Shown piece by piece: positions 1 to 8,095 of a DNA stretch of 64,000 nt. The stretch comes from Candidatus Kaiserbacteria bacterium. Lineage in GTDB: Bacteria > Patescibacteriota > Minisyncoccia > Phycocordibacterales > UBA918. A model generated the notes under the pieces. The model ran no database searches, had not been told where the DNA came from, and saw only the letters and a program-made list of their open reading frames with translations. How positions within the stretch are numbered: position 1 is the first letter of the stretch; every line of letters starts with the position of its first letter. Both the position numbers and the translations under genes were made by a program. The stretch lies in NCBI GenBank assembly GCA_019634005.1, contig JAHQWD010000003.1, positions 304,539 through 368,538 of the forward strand. Reading direction: 5' to 3'.

Positions 1-420
1 GACCGCGCGCCACTTGGTGAATCGCGCCCCGAGCGCATAGTATTCCTTTAGACGGTCTGCAAGATCATCAAGTCCTTGGGTGACCACCTCCCCAGAGAAT
101 CCTTCAAGTGGACGTGTCCCTTTATCTACTTTTATCCCTGGAATGATACCGCGCGCGGCAAGTACATCAGGGAATGGAATGCCATCATCCGTCGTGTTGC
201 GAATACTAGAATCATACATAATGACTCCGGAAAGGAATTCTTCAATACCAGGTGCAGTGAATAAGATCTCTCTAAAATCTTGTCGATTCTCTGGTTCGTT
301 CGGTAAATTAACTGTGTCTAGTCGCTTACCCACCGTTCCAATACTTTCATCTGCAGCAAGGATACCCTTCCCCTCCTGCATCAGTTGCTTCACGGTTACA
401 TAGAGATCTTCATGTGCCAT
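1..420 (-). CDS. fba: Fructose-bisphosphate aldolase, class I (N-terminal part; gene runs off the window start)
   Basis: Manual translation of the minus strand from ATG at 420 gives MAHEDLYVTVKQLMQEGKGILAADESIGTVGKRL...GIKVDKG. The GILAADES motif and the Lys-containing IKVDKG segment are hallmarks of class I FBA. Not in the ORF track, probably because the ORF is open-ended. Confidence 0.65.
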   Translation of the reverse strand, partial: MAHEDLYVTVKQLMQEGKGILAADESIGTVGKRLDTVNLPNEPENRQDFREILFTAPGIEEFLSGVIMYDSSIRNTTDDGIPFPDVLAARGIIPGIKVDKGTRPLEGFSGEVVTQGLDDLADRLKEYYALGARFTKWRAV

Positions 421-441
421 ATAGAAAAGTGTATCACAGTG

Positions 442-1128
442 TTATTCTCCCCGAGATTCCCTTCGGTGTGTAATGACCGCGCGAACAATCTCATAGAGAA
501 GCCAGAGTACTGCTGCAATGATCACAAACTTAAACCCAACGATGGTAAGTGCCGCTTCTCCAAGAGAATATACAAGCACTCCCCAGAACGTATTCCAGAG
601 AATAAGTGCTCCAAGTGCCATCAACGCAAAAGATCGGAGCGGGAGATGGAGAATTCCTGCTGCAGTTGCGGTTAAGGCAGAAAAAGCTGGATTCCAGAAG
701 GTGGCAAGTATATAGCGCCATCCACGAGCCTCTAGTCTTTCTCGTGTTTCATTAATACTCTCTCCAAGTCCAAACCGTGTAAGCAAGCGATACCATCCGT
801 ATCGTCCAAGGAGATAGTCGATAATATAGGCCGTATAGAGTCCTAGAGTCACAAATACCACCGCCTTCACTGCGGCAAGCGGACTCCCCGCAAGCGCAAC
901 AGAGAGAAATATGACGAGACTGCCAGGGAAATAAAAGCCAATGAAGAGGAGTCCCTCAAGGAGTGATCCAAGGTATATAACAATCGGCCCGTACGTTTGA
1001 AAGGCGTCACCGATCATACGCTTAAGCTCATAGTCTGGCGGAAGATCAAGGAGATACCACCCACCAATAAGTACGCCCATTGCAATAAGAAAATAGAGTG
1101 CTGTCTTTATATTTCTCATACTATGCAC
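442..1128 (-). CDS. DedA/VTT-family membrane protein
   Basis: 228 aa with multiple TM helices. Layout with G-rich motifs (LEGLLFIGFYFPGSLV) is typical of DedA/SNARE-associated proteins. Confidence 0.5.
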   Translation of the reverse strand: MHSMRNIKTALYFLIAMGVLIGGWYLLDLPPDYELKRMIGDAFQTYGPIVIYLGSLLEGLLFIGFYFPGSLVIFLSVALAGSPLAAVKAVVFVTLGLYTAYIIDYLLGRYGWYRLLTRFGLGESINETRERLEARGWRYILATFWNPAFSALTATAAGILHLPLRSFALMALGALILWNTFWGVLVYSLGEAALTIVGFKFVIIAAVLWLLYEIVRAVITHRRESRGE

Positions 1129-1888
1129 GAATACGCCATCCTATCTTAAATACATAGGTCACTAAGATCGCAAGCCCGATAAGGAGCCCAAGAATCACTA
1201 ACACGCCAATACCCGTGTTCGCCTCAGAGATACCAATCATAGAACTTCGGATTCCATCCACAAAATAAAAGAATGGATTGAGACGTGTCAGAAACTGCAC
1301 AGTCTCTGGAAGCATAGAGATAGAATAGAAAATACCTCCAAGATACGTCAGTGGCGTAATTACAAAGGTGTTTAGCACAGTGAGCTGCTCAAAACTCTGC
1401 GCCCAGAGCGCAACAAACATACCGAGAAGTGCAAAGATACCAGAGACAGTTGCGACGTAGAAGAGAAACGCAAGTGGGTTTGCGAGCGTCACCGCTCCAA
1501 AGAAGAGGCCAACGATCATAATGAGGATTGCAACTAACACCCCACGAAGTACTGCCCCAAACATGTACCCAAACATCATGCCTGCGTAAGAGAACGGGGC
1601 AACCAGAATCTCTTCAACACCACGCGTAAAGCGAGCGAAGTAGAGAGAGCTGGAGCTTGAGGCAAACGCCGCTCCGATGATGTTTAACATCAAGATCCCT
1701 GGGAATACAAAGGTGATATAGGATACCCCTGCCACCTCTTGAATGTTTGAGCCAATGACGTATCCAAAAATAAAGATATACAGTGCCGCAGAAATGACGG
1801 GCGAAAGCAAGGTCTGTGTTGCCACCCGAAACGTGCGCTCAATCTCCCGTCGCACCATGGTGTAGATTCCGATCCAATTTACTCGCAT
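1121..1888 (-). CDS. ABC-2 type transporter permease
   Basis: 255 aa with 6 predicted TM helices. ABC-2 family look. Immediately downstream of, and overlapping, the ABC ATPase gene. Confidence 0.65.
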   Translation of the reverse strand: MRVNWIGIYTMVRREIERTFRVATQTLLSPVISAALYIFIFGYVIGSNIQEVAGVSYITFVFPGILMLNIIGAAFASSSSSLYFARFTRGVEEILVAPFSYAGMMFGYMFGAVLRGVLVAILIMIVGLFFGAVTLANPLAFLFYVATVSGIFALLGMFVALWAQSFEQLTVLNTFVITPLTYLGGIFYSISMLPETVQFLTRLNPFFYFVDGIRSSMIGISEANTGIGVLVILGLLIGLAILVTYVFKIGWRIRA

Positions 1889-1889
1889 A

Positions 1890-2627
1890 TTAGTCTGTAT
1901 CTCCTTTAGTAATTGCTAAATAACTCTGTTCAAGAGAACTTCCGTCCTTTACAAACTCCTCCTTGCTTCCTTGCGCAACAATCTTCCCGTGGTTGATAAT
2001 TGCAATCTCATCACAGAGCGCCTCAACCTCTTCAAGATAGTGAGAGGTTAAAATAATGGTCTTCCCATTTTTGTTCATCTCTCGTAGATACTCCCAGAGA
2101 TCATGCCGTTGCTCCACATCCACTCCTGCAGTCGGCTCATCGAGAATAAGGAGATCTGGTGCATGCATCAATCCACGTGCAAGCATCGCACGACGCTTCA
2201 GTCCTCCTGAGAGCTCCTGAAACTTCTTCTTTCGATGCTCTTGGAGATCAAATCGGGTAAGTAACTCTTCAGCGCGCTCCATACGCTCTGCTTTTGACAT
2301 GCCATAGTACCCACCAACATAATCGAGTAGTTTCTCGACGGGCGCAAAAATATCTACATTAAACTCCTGCGGAGAAAGTCCGACTAATTTCCGTGCCTCT
2401 TTGTACTCTTCCTGCACATCCACACCGTCAATGAGAATCCTTCCTGAGGTAATAGTCGCGATACCTGTAATACAGTGGATGGTACTGGATTTCCCTGCTC
2501 CGTTTGGCCCCAGAAGACCAAAGAAGCTCCCCTTTGGAATGGAGAGTGAGATTCCATCAACCGCAGTCTTCTCTCCATACTTTTTGACCAAGTTTTCAAT
2601 GGTCAGTGCATCGTGTGTTGTATTCAT
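1890..2627 (-). CDS. ABC transporter ATP-binding protein
   Basis: Walker A GPNGAGKSS, signature LSGGLKRR, Walker B LLILDEPT. Start placed at ATG 2627 (MNTTHDALTIENL), which sits 9 nt downstream of a TATACT -10-like box. The longer ORF begins with GTG at 2651. Confidence 0.85.
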   Translation of the reverse strand: MNTTHDALTIENLVKKYGEKTAVDGISLSIPKGSFFGLLGPNGAGKSSTIHCITGIATITSGRILIDGVDVQEEYKEARKLVGLSPQEFNVDIFAPVEKLLDYVGGYYGMSKAERMERAEELLTRFDLQEHRKKKFQELSGGLKRRAMLARGLMHAPDLLILDEPTAGVDVEQRHDLWEYLREMNKNGKTIILTSHYLEEVEALCDEIAIINHGKIVAQGSKEEFVKDGSSLEQSYLAITKGDTD

Positions 2628-2653
2628 GAGGCGTACAGTATACCATTCCACTC

Positions 2654-3355
2654 ATGGAGAACGAAGGAAAATGGCTTCTGGAGGAGAAATACAATGGAGT
2701 TCCGACTCCAGAGTATGAGCAAGACCTCGCTCGGCTGAAAGCAGGAGAGCCTTTGGCGTACATCATTGGTCACATTCCCTTTCTCGGCACCACTATCTAC
2801 CTAGATTCTCGCCCACTCATTCCCCGCCCTGAGACAGAGTACTGGGTAGAGCAGATCATAAAAGATATGCCAGAGAGTCCCCGTGTCCTTGATCTCTGTG
2901 CAGGATCTGGATGTATTGGCATTGCGGTACAGAGTGCTCGACCGAATGCACAGGTAGACTTTGCAGAGATTGATGAAAGACACCACGAGACGATACGAAA
3001 AAACGGAGGCGAGCAAATCTATGGTGGTGATCTCTTTGAGAACCTCACTCGGAAATATGACTATATTCTCACCAACCCACCATACATAGATCCAGAGATA
3101 GATAGAGCTGAGGAGAGTGTAAAAGCATACGAGCCACACAATGCGCTTTATGGAGGAGAGGATGGAATGGAGCTGATCACTCGTATTATCGAAGAGGCGC
3201 CACACTATCTAAAAGAAGGGGGCACTCTTGTCATTGAGCACGAGCCAGAGCAAGCAGAAGAGATTGCACGACTCGCAACAGAATCTGGCTTTGCGTGTGA
3301 GACAAAAAAAGATCAGTATGGGACATGCCGTTGGTCAATACTCAAAAGAGATTAG
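2654..3355 (+). CDS. prmC: Release factor glutamine-N5 methyltransferase PrmC/HemK
   Basis: SAM-binding LDLCAGSGCIGIAV and catalytic NPPY (TNPPY) motifs. 233 aa. Confidence 0.8.
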   Translation: MENEGKWLLEEKYNGVPTPEYEQDLARLKAGEPLAYIIGHIPFLGTTIYLDSRPLIPRPETEYWVEQIIKDMPESPRVLDLCAGSGCIGIAVQSARPNAQVDFAEIDERHHETIRKNGGEQIYGGDLFENLTRKYDYILTNPPYIDPEIDRAEESVKAYEPHNALYGGEDGMELITRIIEEAPHYLKEGGTLVIEHEPEQAEEIARLATESGFACETKKDQYGTCRWSILKRD

Positions 3356-3364
3356 ACTTTGTTC

Positions 3365-3799
3365 CTACCACCCAAACTCAGAGTAATGAATACCATCTTT
3401 GTACGACTCAATCGCCTGCCTTACATAGTCAATAGTATTGTCCGGCAGTTCATCAAGAGGAAACCAGCTAAGGTCATCACACTTATGTGGTTCACAGTTT
3501 GTAACCGCACCCGCATATGATCGAGTTGTCATAAAAAAATCAATACGTTCATCTTTGCGTGCTTTGCGGTGCATTACATGAACCACCTCTAGATCTTTCG
3601 GATCAAGAGTAATACCAATTTCTTCTTGGATCTCTCGGGCACATCCCTGTTTGGCAGTCTCTCCCCCATCAAGATGACCCGCAGGTACTCCATACTCTCC
3701 ATCCTTAAATCCAGTCTGGCATCTTCGTTGTAACAGAATCTTACCCTCTTCTATAAGAAAGAGATACGAGGCTCCTACATACGGAAAGTTTTCTCTCAT
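3365..3799 (-). CDS. NUDIX hydrolase
   Basis: Nudix box GGHLDGGETAKQGCAREIQEEIGI (Gx5Ex7REUxEExGU). TATACT box 6 nt upstream of the ATG. Confidence 0.75.
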   Translation of the reverse strand: MRENFPYVGASYLFLIEEGKILLQRRCQTGFKDGEYGVPAGHLDGGETAKQGCAREIQEEIGITLDPKDLEVVHVMHRKARKDERIDFFMTTRSYAGAVTNCEPHKCDDLSWFPLDELPDNTIDYVRQAIESYKDGIHYSEFGW

Positions 3800-3813
3800 T
3801 TCTAAAGTATACC

Positions 3814-4302
3814 CTACAGCGAACAGAGCATCCCCTCACCACACTGACGAGTAAGCCAATCTTCACACGCCTGCCAACCACCCTGCAATGTTGCCTGTGC
3901 TTTACTCTCTACACTTTGGAAATCTTCTTGGAAGGAGTATGGGACAATGTAGGTATATTCTCTCGCATACCCTCCTTTGATCATCTCCCGATTGAGCAAC
4001 ACATCGTCAGCATAGACATACGCAAGAATACGTCCATACGCATCATATGCGTTTTGTGCGTCATCCATTTGAAGTGTTACAGACTCCCCCACCATCCGTT
4101 CAAGTGTCTGCCTTCCCTCTTCTGCATAACAGTACCCTTCTTCGGGAGCATCGATACCAATGAGGCGAACAGGGACTTCCTTTCCATATCGGGAAACCAC
4201 CAACGTATCTCCATCAATAACACGTGTCACCGTGTAGGTATCATGGATGAAGTAAAAACATCCGAGTGCAAAGATAAAAATGAGCGAGAGTGCGTATTTC
4301 AT
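3814..4302 (-). CDS. Secreted thermonuclease (SNase-like)
   Basis: N-terminal TM/signal segment, then VTRVIDGDTLVV...VRLIGIDAPE, the classic staphylococcal nuclease motifs. Start moved to ATG 4302 (MKYALSLIF). The longer ORF starts with TTG at 4329. Confidence 0.7.
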   Translation of the reverse strand: MKYALSLIFIFALGCFYFIHDTYTVTRVIDGDTLVVSRYGKEVPVRLIGIDAPEEGYCYAEEGRQTLERMVGESVTLQMDDAQNAYDAYGRILAYVYADDVLLNREMIKGGYAREYTYIVPYSFQEDFQSVESKAQATLQGGWQACEDWLTRQCGEGMLCSL

Positions 4303-4357
4303 ATCCGTATGATAGCACGCCTTGCTCAAGAACCTCTTTCTGCGTACAATCTAAAGC

Positions 4358-5638
4358 ATGGCAGATAAAAAACTCTCAACAGACCCCTATAAGGGTGTTC
4401 GTGATTTCTATCCAGAGGACATGGCAATACAGCGGTATATTTTTGATACGTGGAGTCATACCGCAGAATCTTTCGGATACGAGCGCTATGATGCGTCTGT
4501 TTTGGAGCCAGCAGAGCTATATCGTTCAAAGACCAGTGAAGAGATCGTAAATGAACAGACGTATACCTTTACTGATCGCGGCGACCGAGAAGTAACGCTA
4601 CGTCCTGAGATGACTCCAACAGTCGCACGCATGGTTGCAGGAAAAAGACGAGAACTCTCCTTCCCTGTCCGATGGTATTCCATACCGAACCTCTTCCGTT
4701 ACGAGCGTATGCAACGTGGACGCCTACGGGAACACTGGCAGTTAAACTGTGACCTTTTCGGTGTGGATGACTACACTGCAGATGTGGAGATGATCGCACT
4801 TGCGTATCAAACGTTTATTAACTTCGGCGCTGATCCTGAGATGTTTGCTATTCGCGTCAACAACCGCGGCTTCATGGAGGCGCTCTTTAAAGAGTTTGAC
4901 GTCACTGACGTAGACACCGTAGCCGTACTCACACGCTTGATTGATCGCAAAGATAAGATGCCTGCTGACGACTTCAGAGAGGCGCTCGATGACATGATTG
5001 CACCAAGTCGTGTTGAGGAGTTTCTAAAAACCATTGAAGGAAGAGACGAGAGTATTCTCGATACCATTGGTACTGACACCACACTAAAGCAGGTACTCTC
5101 AGGGCTTCGCGAGCTTGGTATTGAGAATGCCTTCTTCAGCCCATCACTCGCTCGTGGTTTTGACTACTACACCGGTACCATCTTTGAGTTCTTCGATGTC
5201 TCAGAAGAGAACAATCGTTCGCTACTCGGTGGTGGTCGCTATGATAACCTTACTGGGCTCTTTGGCGGAGACCCTATCTCTGGTGTGGGATTTGGTATGG
5301 GAGACGTTACCATGAGAGATTTTCTTGAAACACATGATCTCCTCATCGCACCAATCACCTCTCCAACACTCATGATCCTCCCAACAGATGAGTCATTTAA
5401 TTTTGAAGCACAGAGACTTGCACAGCAATTCCGTGCAGAAGGTATCAGTGTCTCTGTGGATGCAACAACAAAGAAGATTGGTAAGAAGGTTGCGTCAGCA
5501 GACAAAGCATTGGTCAGCGCTGTTATTGTCCTTGGAGAAGATGAACTAAAGAGTGGTACCTACACGATGAAGAATCTTCCTGAAGGTACCGAAGAGGCTG
5601 GTACCGTGGAGGAATTACTTGGAAAAATAATTACCTAG
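4358..5638 (+). CDS. hisS: Histidyl-tRNA synthetase
   Basis: Class II motifs including FRYERMQRGRLREHWQ (HisRS motif 2 region) and a C-terminal anticodon-binding domain. 426 aa. TACAAT box 11 nt upstream of the ATG, no SD. Confidence 0.9.
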   Translation: MADKKLSTDPYKGVRDFYPEDMAIQRYIFDTWSHTAESFGYERYDASVLEPAELYRSKTSEEIVNEQTYTFTDRGDREVTLRPEMTPTVARMVAGKRRELSFPVRWYSIPNLFRYERMQRGRLREHWQLNCDLFGVDDYTADVEMIALAYQTFINFGADPEMFAIRVNNRGFMEALFKEFDVTDVDTVAVLTRLIDRKDKMPADDFREALDDMIAPSRVEEFLKTIEGRDESILDTIGTDTTLKQVLSGLRELGIENAFFSPSLARGFDYYTGTIFEFFDVSEENNRSLLGGGRYDNLTGLFGGDPISGVGFGMGDVTMRDFLETHDLLIAPITSPTLMILPTDESFNFEAQRLAQQFRAEGISVSVDATTKKIGKKVASADKALVSAVIVLGEDELKSGTYTMKNLPEGTEEAGTVEELLGKIIT

Positions 5639-5642
5639 AAGG

Positions 5643-6218
5643 ATGCGTTACATTGTTTTTGATCTCGAAACCCAAAATGTTTTTCAAGATGTCGAGTCGA
5701 ACGACCCCGCTGCTTTAGATATTTCTGTCGCATCACTCTATGATAGTGAGACTGACTCCTATACCACGGTTGTCGTAGATGATCTCGAACAACTCTGGCC
5801 AATCATTGAACGAGCGGACGCACTTGTCGGATACAACAGTAATCATTTCGATATCCCCCTCCTTAATAAATATTACCCAGGAGACTTAACACAGATTAAA
5901 AGTATTGATCTTCTTGAAGACATCAAAAACTCCCTCGGGAGACGTCTGCGACTTGATTCCGTTGCAGAGGCAACCGTTGGTGCAAAAAAGAGTGGGCACG
6001 GACTTCAGGCGGTACGCTGGTGGCGTGAAGGTAAGATCAAAGAGATCATGAAGTACTGTGAGCAAGATGTTCGCGTGACAAAGAAGGTCTTCGACTATGC
6101 CCGCGAACATGGAAAAGTATTATTCAAAGAAGGACGAAAGAAACGAGAAATACCACTTGATACGGCACACTGGGAGACAAAAGAGGATGTTGCAATGACA
6201 CATTCGTTACCTTTCTAA
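5643..6218 (+). CDS. 3'-5' exonuclease, RNase H-like (PolB-exonuclease/YprB-like)
   Basis: YIVFDLET N-terminal acidic motif and YNSNHFDIPLL, typical of DEDD/RNase_H_2 exonucleases. Translationally coupled 4 nt after the hisS stop. Confidence 0.5.
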   Translation: MRYIVFDLETQNVFQDVESNDPAALDISVASLYDSETDSYTTVVVDDLEQLWPIIERADALVGYNSNHFDIPLLNKYYPGDLTQIKSIDLLEDIKNSLGRRLRLDSVAEATVGAKKSGHGLQAVRWWREGKIKEIMKYCEQDVRVTKKVFDYAREHGKVLFKEGRKKREIPLDTAHWETKEDVAMTHSLPF

Positions 6219-6221
6219 AAG

Positions 6222-6246
6222 TGAAAGGCGCCCTCGGCGCCTTTAG
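6222..6246. terminator. Bidirectional rho-independent terminator
   Basis: AAAGGCGCC-CTC-GGCGCCTTT perfect hairpin flanked by A/T runs, between converging genes. Confidence 0.7.
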
Positions 6247-6258
6247 ATTCTCCTTTCC

Positions 6259-6501
6259 CTATTCACATAACACCGTAATCAATTCCCACTCATCTTCGCA
6301 GAGAAAGACTGTTCCTGACACAACCATTCCCGCAAGACCCGAATCGTCCTCAATCGAAGCTCTCTTCGGCTCCTCAAATGGTTTCTCACCATTACCTTGA
6401 GCTTTGAGTTCTTCAACAGTACGCCTTAGGTGTTCCTCATTCAGGCTGATTGAGGTCTGGGTGCCTTTTGGTGTTTGCCAGTCCTGCATAAGGACTTCCA
6501 T
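6259..6501 (-). CDS. Hypothetical small protein (80 aa)
   Basis: ORF only. Sits between the terminator and uppP with no recognisable domain. Confidence 0.25.
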   Translation of the reverse strand: MEVLMQDWQTPKGTQTSISLNEEHLRRTVEELKAQGNGEKPFEEPKRASIEDDSGLAGMVVSGTVFLCEDEWELITVLCE

Positions 6502-6542
6502 CCGACTCTCCTCTTGTTGCTCTGATCGAAACGAACTTCAGC

Positions 6543-7343
6543 CTACCCTAAAAACACAACTGCAACAACTACTCCTGCAACCACAATGCGGTACCAAATG
6601 AATGGCCAGAGTGAGTGATTCTTCACAAAGGAGACCATAAAGTGGATAGCTCCCAGTCCCACCACAAACGCAACCACAGCACCTGCAAGGATCATTCCCC
6701 AATCTGTACCAGACGTACTTCCCAACTCAAGCGCTTTCTTTGCTCCCCCACCAAGAAGCACAGGGATTGCAAGGAGGAATGAGAATCTTGTTGCTTCACT
6801 TCGAGAGAGCCCAAGAATCATACCTCCTGCAATTGCAGATCCAGACCGAGACATACCTGGAATAAGTGCGAGTGTCTGAAAGAATCCCACCTTCAGTCCT
6901 GTCGCCATATCAATACGTCCGTCCCTAAACGACGTGTGGTATGTGTGCTCTGCGTACATGAAGAGCACAGAGCCAAGAACAAGCACTCCTGCCACAAGCA
7001 GTGGATTACGGAAGAGTGTGCCCATAATATCTTCGAGCAAAAGTCCGAATATAACTGCAGGGATTGTTCCGATGATAAGTGCTTTAAAAAGGAGAAGATA
7101 CTTCTGATCCACAGGCTGTCTGCCGAGAAGTCTTAAGAATGTCTGAAATAGCAGAGAGATATCTGCCCAAAAATAGACAATGACCGCTGCGACTGTCGCA
7201 AGATGAAGCATCGCGTCAAACGCCAGCGTCTGGCCGTCACCGAGAACACTTCCAAAGAGAATCAGGTGTCCTGTACTGGAGATTGGTAAGAATTCGGTAA
7301 TACCTTGGACAATACCAAGTATGACTGCATGTGCGGTATCCAT
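6543..7343 (-). CDS. uppP: Undecaprenyl-diphosphatase UppP/BacA
   Basis: GITEFLPISSTGHLIL signature and 8 TM helices. Start set at ATG 7343 (MDTAHAVILGIVQG) with TATACT 12 nt upstream. The longer ORF uses GTG at 7364. Confidence 0.85.
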   Translation of the reverse strand: MDTAHAVILGIVQGITEFLPISSTGHLILFGSVLGDGQTLAFDAMLHLATVAAVIVYFWADISLLFQTFLRLLGRQPVDQKYLLLFKALIIGTIPAVIFGLLLEDIMGTLFRNPLLVAGVLVLGSVLFMYAEHTYHTSFRDGRIDMATGLKVGFFQTLALIPGMSRSGSAIAGGMILGLSRSEATRFSFLLAIPVLLGGGAKKALELGSTSGTDWGMILAGAVVAFVVGLGAIHFMVSFVKNHSLWPFIWYRIVVAGVVVAVVFLG

Positions 7344-7399
7344 ATGTGTCTTCCAGTATAGCACCCTATGCTATACTTTCTCTATAATTTTCGTAAATC

Positions 7400-8095
7400 A
7401 TGAAGAGCAATACATCACTCGCAATCCCTATAGCCATTGTTATCGCAGCAGCACTCATCGCTGGATCCCTCTATCTTGCTGGATCACGAGAGCCACTCAC
7501 ACTCGACACAACACCAGAGTCCGACACTGAAGATATTGCTATCAGACCACTTGATGCAAATGATCACATACTTGGAAACCCGAACGCACCAATTCTCCTC
7601 ATAGAATACTCAGACTACGACTGCCCGTACTGTAAGCAGTTCCACGAGACCATGACACAAATCATTGAAGAATATGGAGCAACGGGAGAAGTAGCCTGGG
7701 TCTACCGACACTTCCCGCTTACCTCACTCCATCCAAATGCAATAACGCTTGCTGAGGCGTCAGAATGTGTTGCAGAGCTTGGAGGAAATGAAGCATTTTG
7801 GACATTCTCTGATCTCATCTTTGCCGAACGCGAAGTAAACGCACAAACTGATCTTGAACGTCTCCCAGAGTTTGCCATACGTGCTGGTGTTGATAGTGAC
7901 GCATTTGAGACCTGTCTTGCAAGCGGAAAGTACGCCACTGCAATTCAAGATTCTATCGCTGATGCAGTCGCGACTGGAGGACGAGGAACACCTCATACCA
8001 TTATCGTCGCTGGAGATGAGACTGGAGCTATTAGCGGTGCACAGCCATATACAACGGTCAAAGGGATTATTGAAGACCTCCTCTCTTCACGCTAG
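7400..8095 (+). CDS. DsbA-like thiol:disulfide oxidoreductase (membrane-anchored)
   Basis: N-terminal TM helix and a CPYC thioredoxin active site. Perfect TATAAT 10 nt upstream of the ATG. Confidence 0.7.
   Translation: MKSNTSLAIPIAIVIAAALIAGSLYLAGSREPLTLDTTPESDTEDIAIRPLDANDHILGNPNAPILLIEYSDYDCPYCKQFHETMTQIIEEYGATGEVAWVYRHFPLTSLHPNAITLAEASECVAELGGNEAFWTFSDLIFAEREVNAQTDLERLPEFAIRAGVDSDAFETCLASGKYATAIQDSIADAVATGGRGTPHTIIVAGDETGAISGAQPYTTVKGIIEDLLSSR

Noticed and set aside
76-403. Plus-strand ORFs 76-264 and 80-403
   Set aside because: They are antisense to a clear class I fructose-bisphosphate aldolase reading frame (GILAADES motif) on the minus strand.
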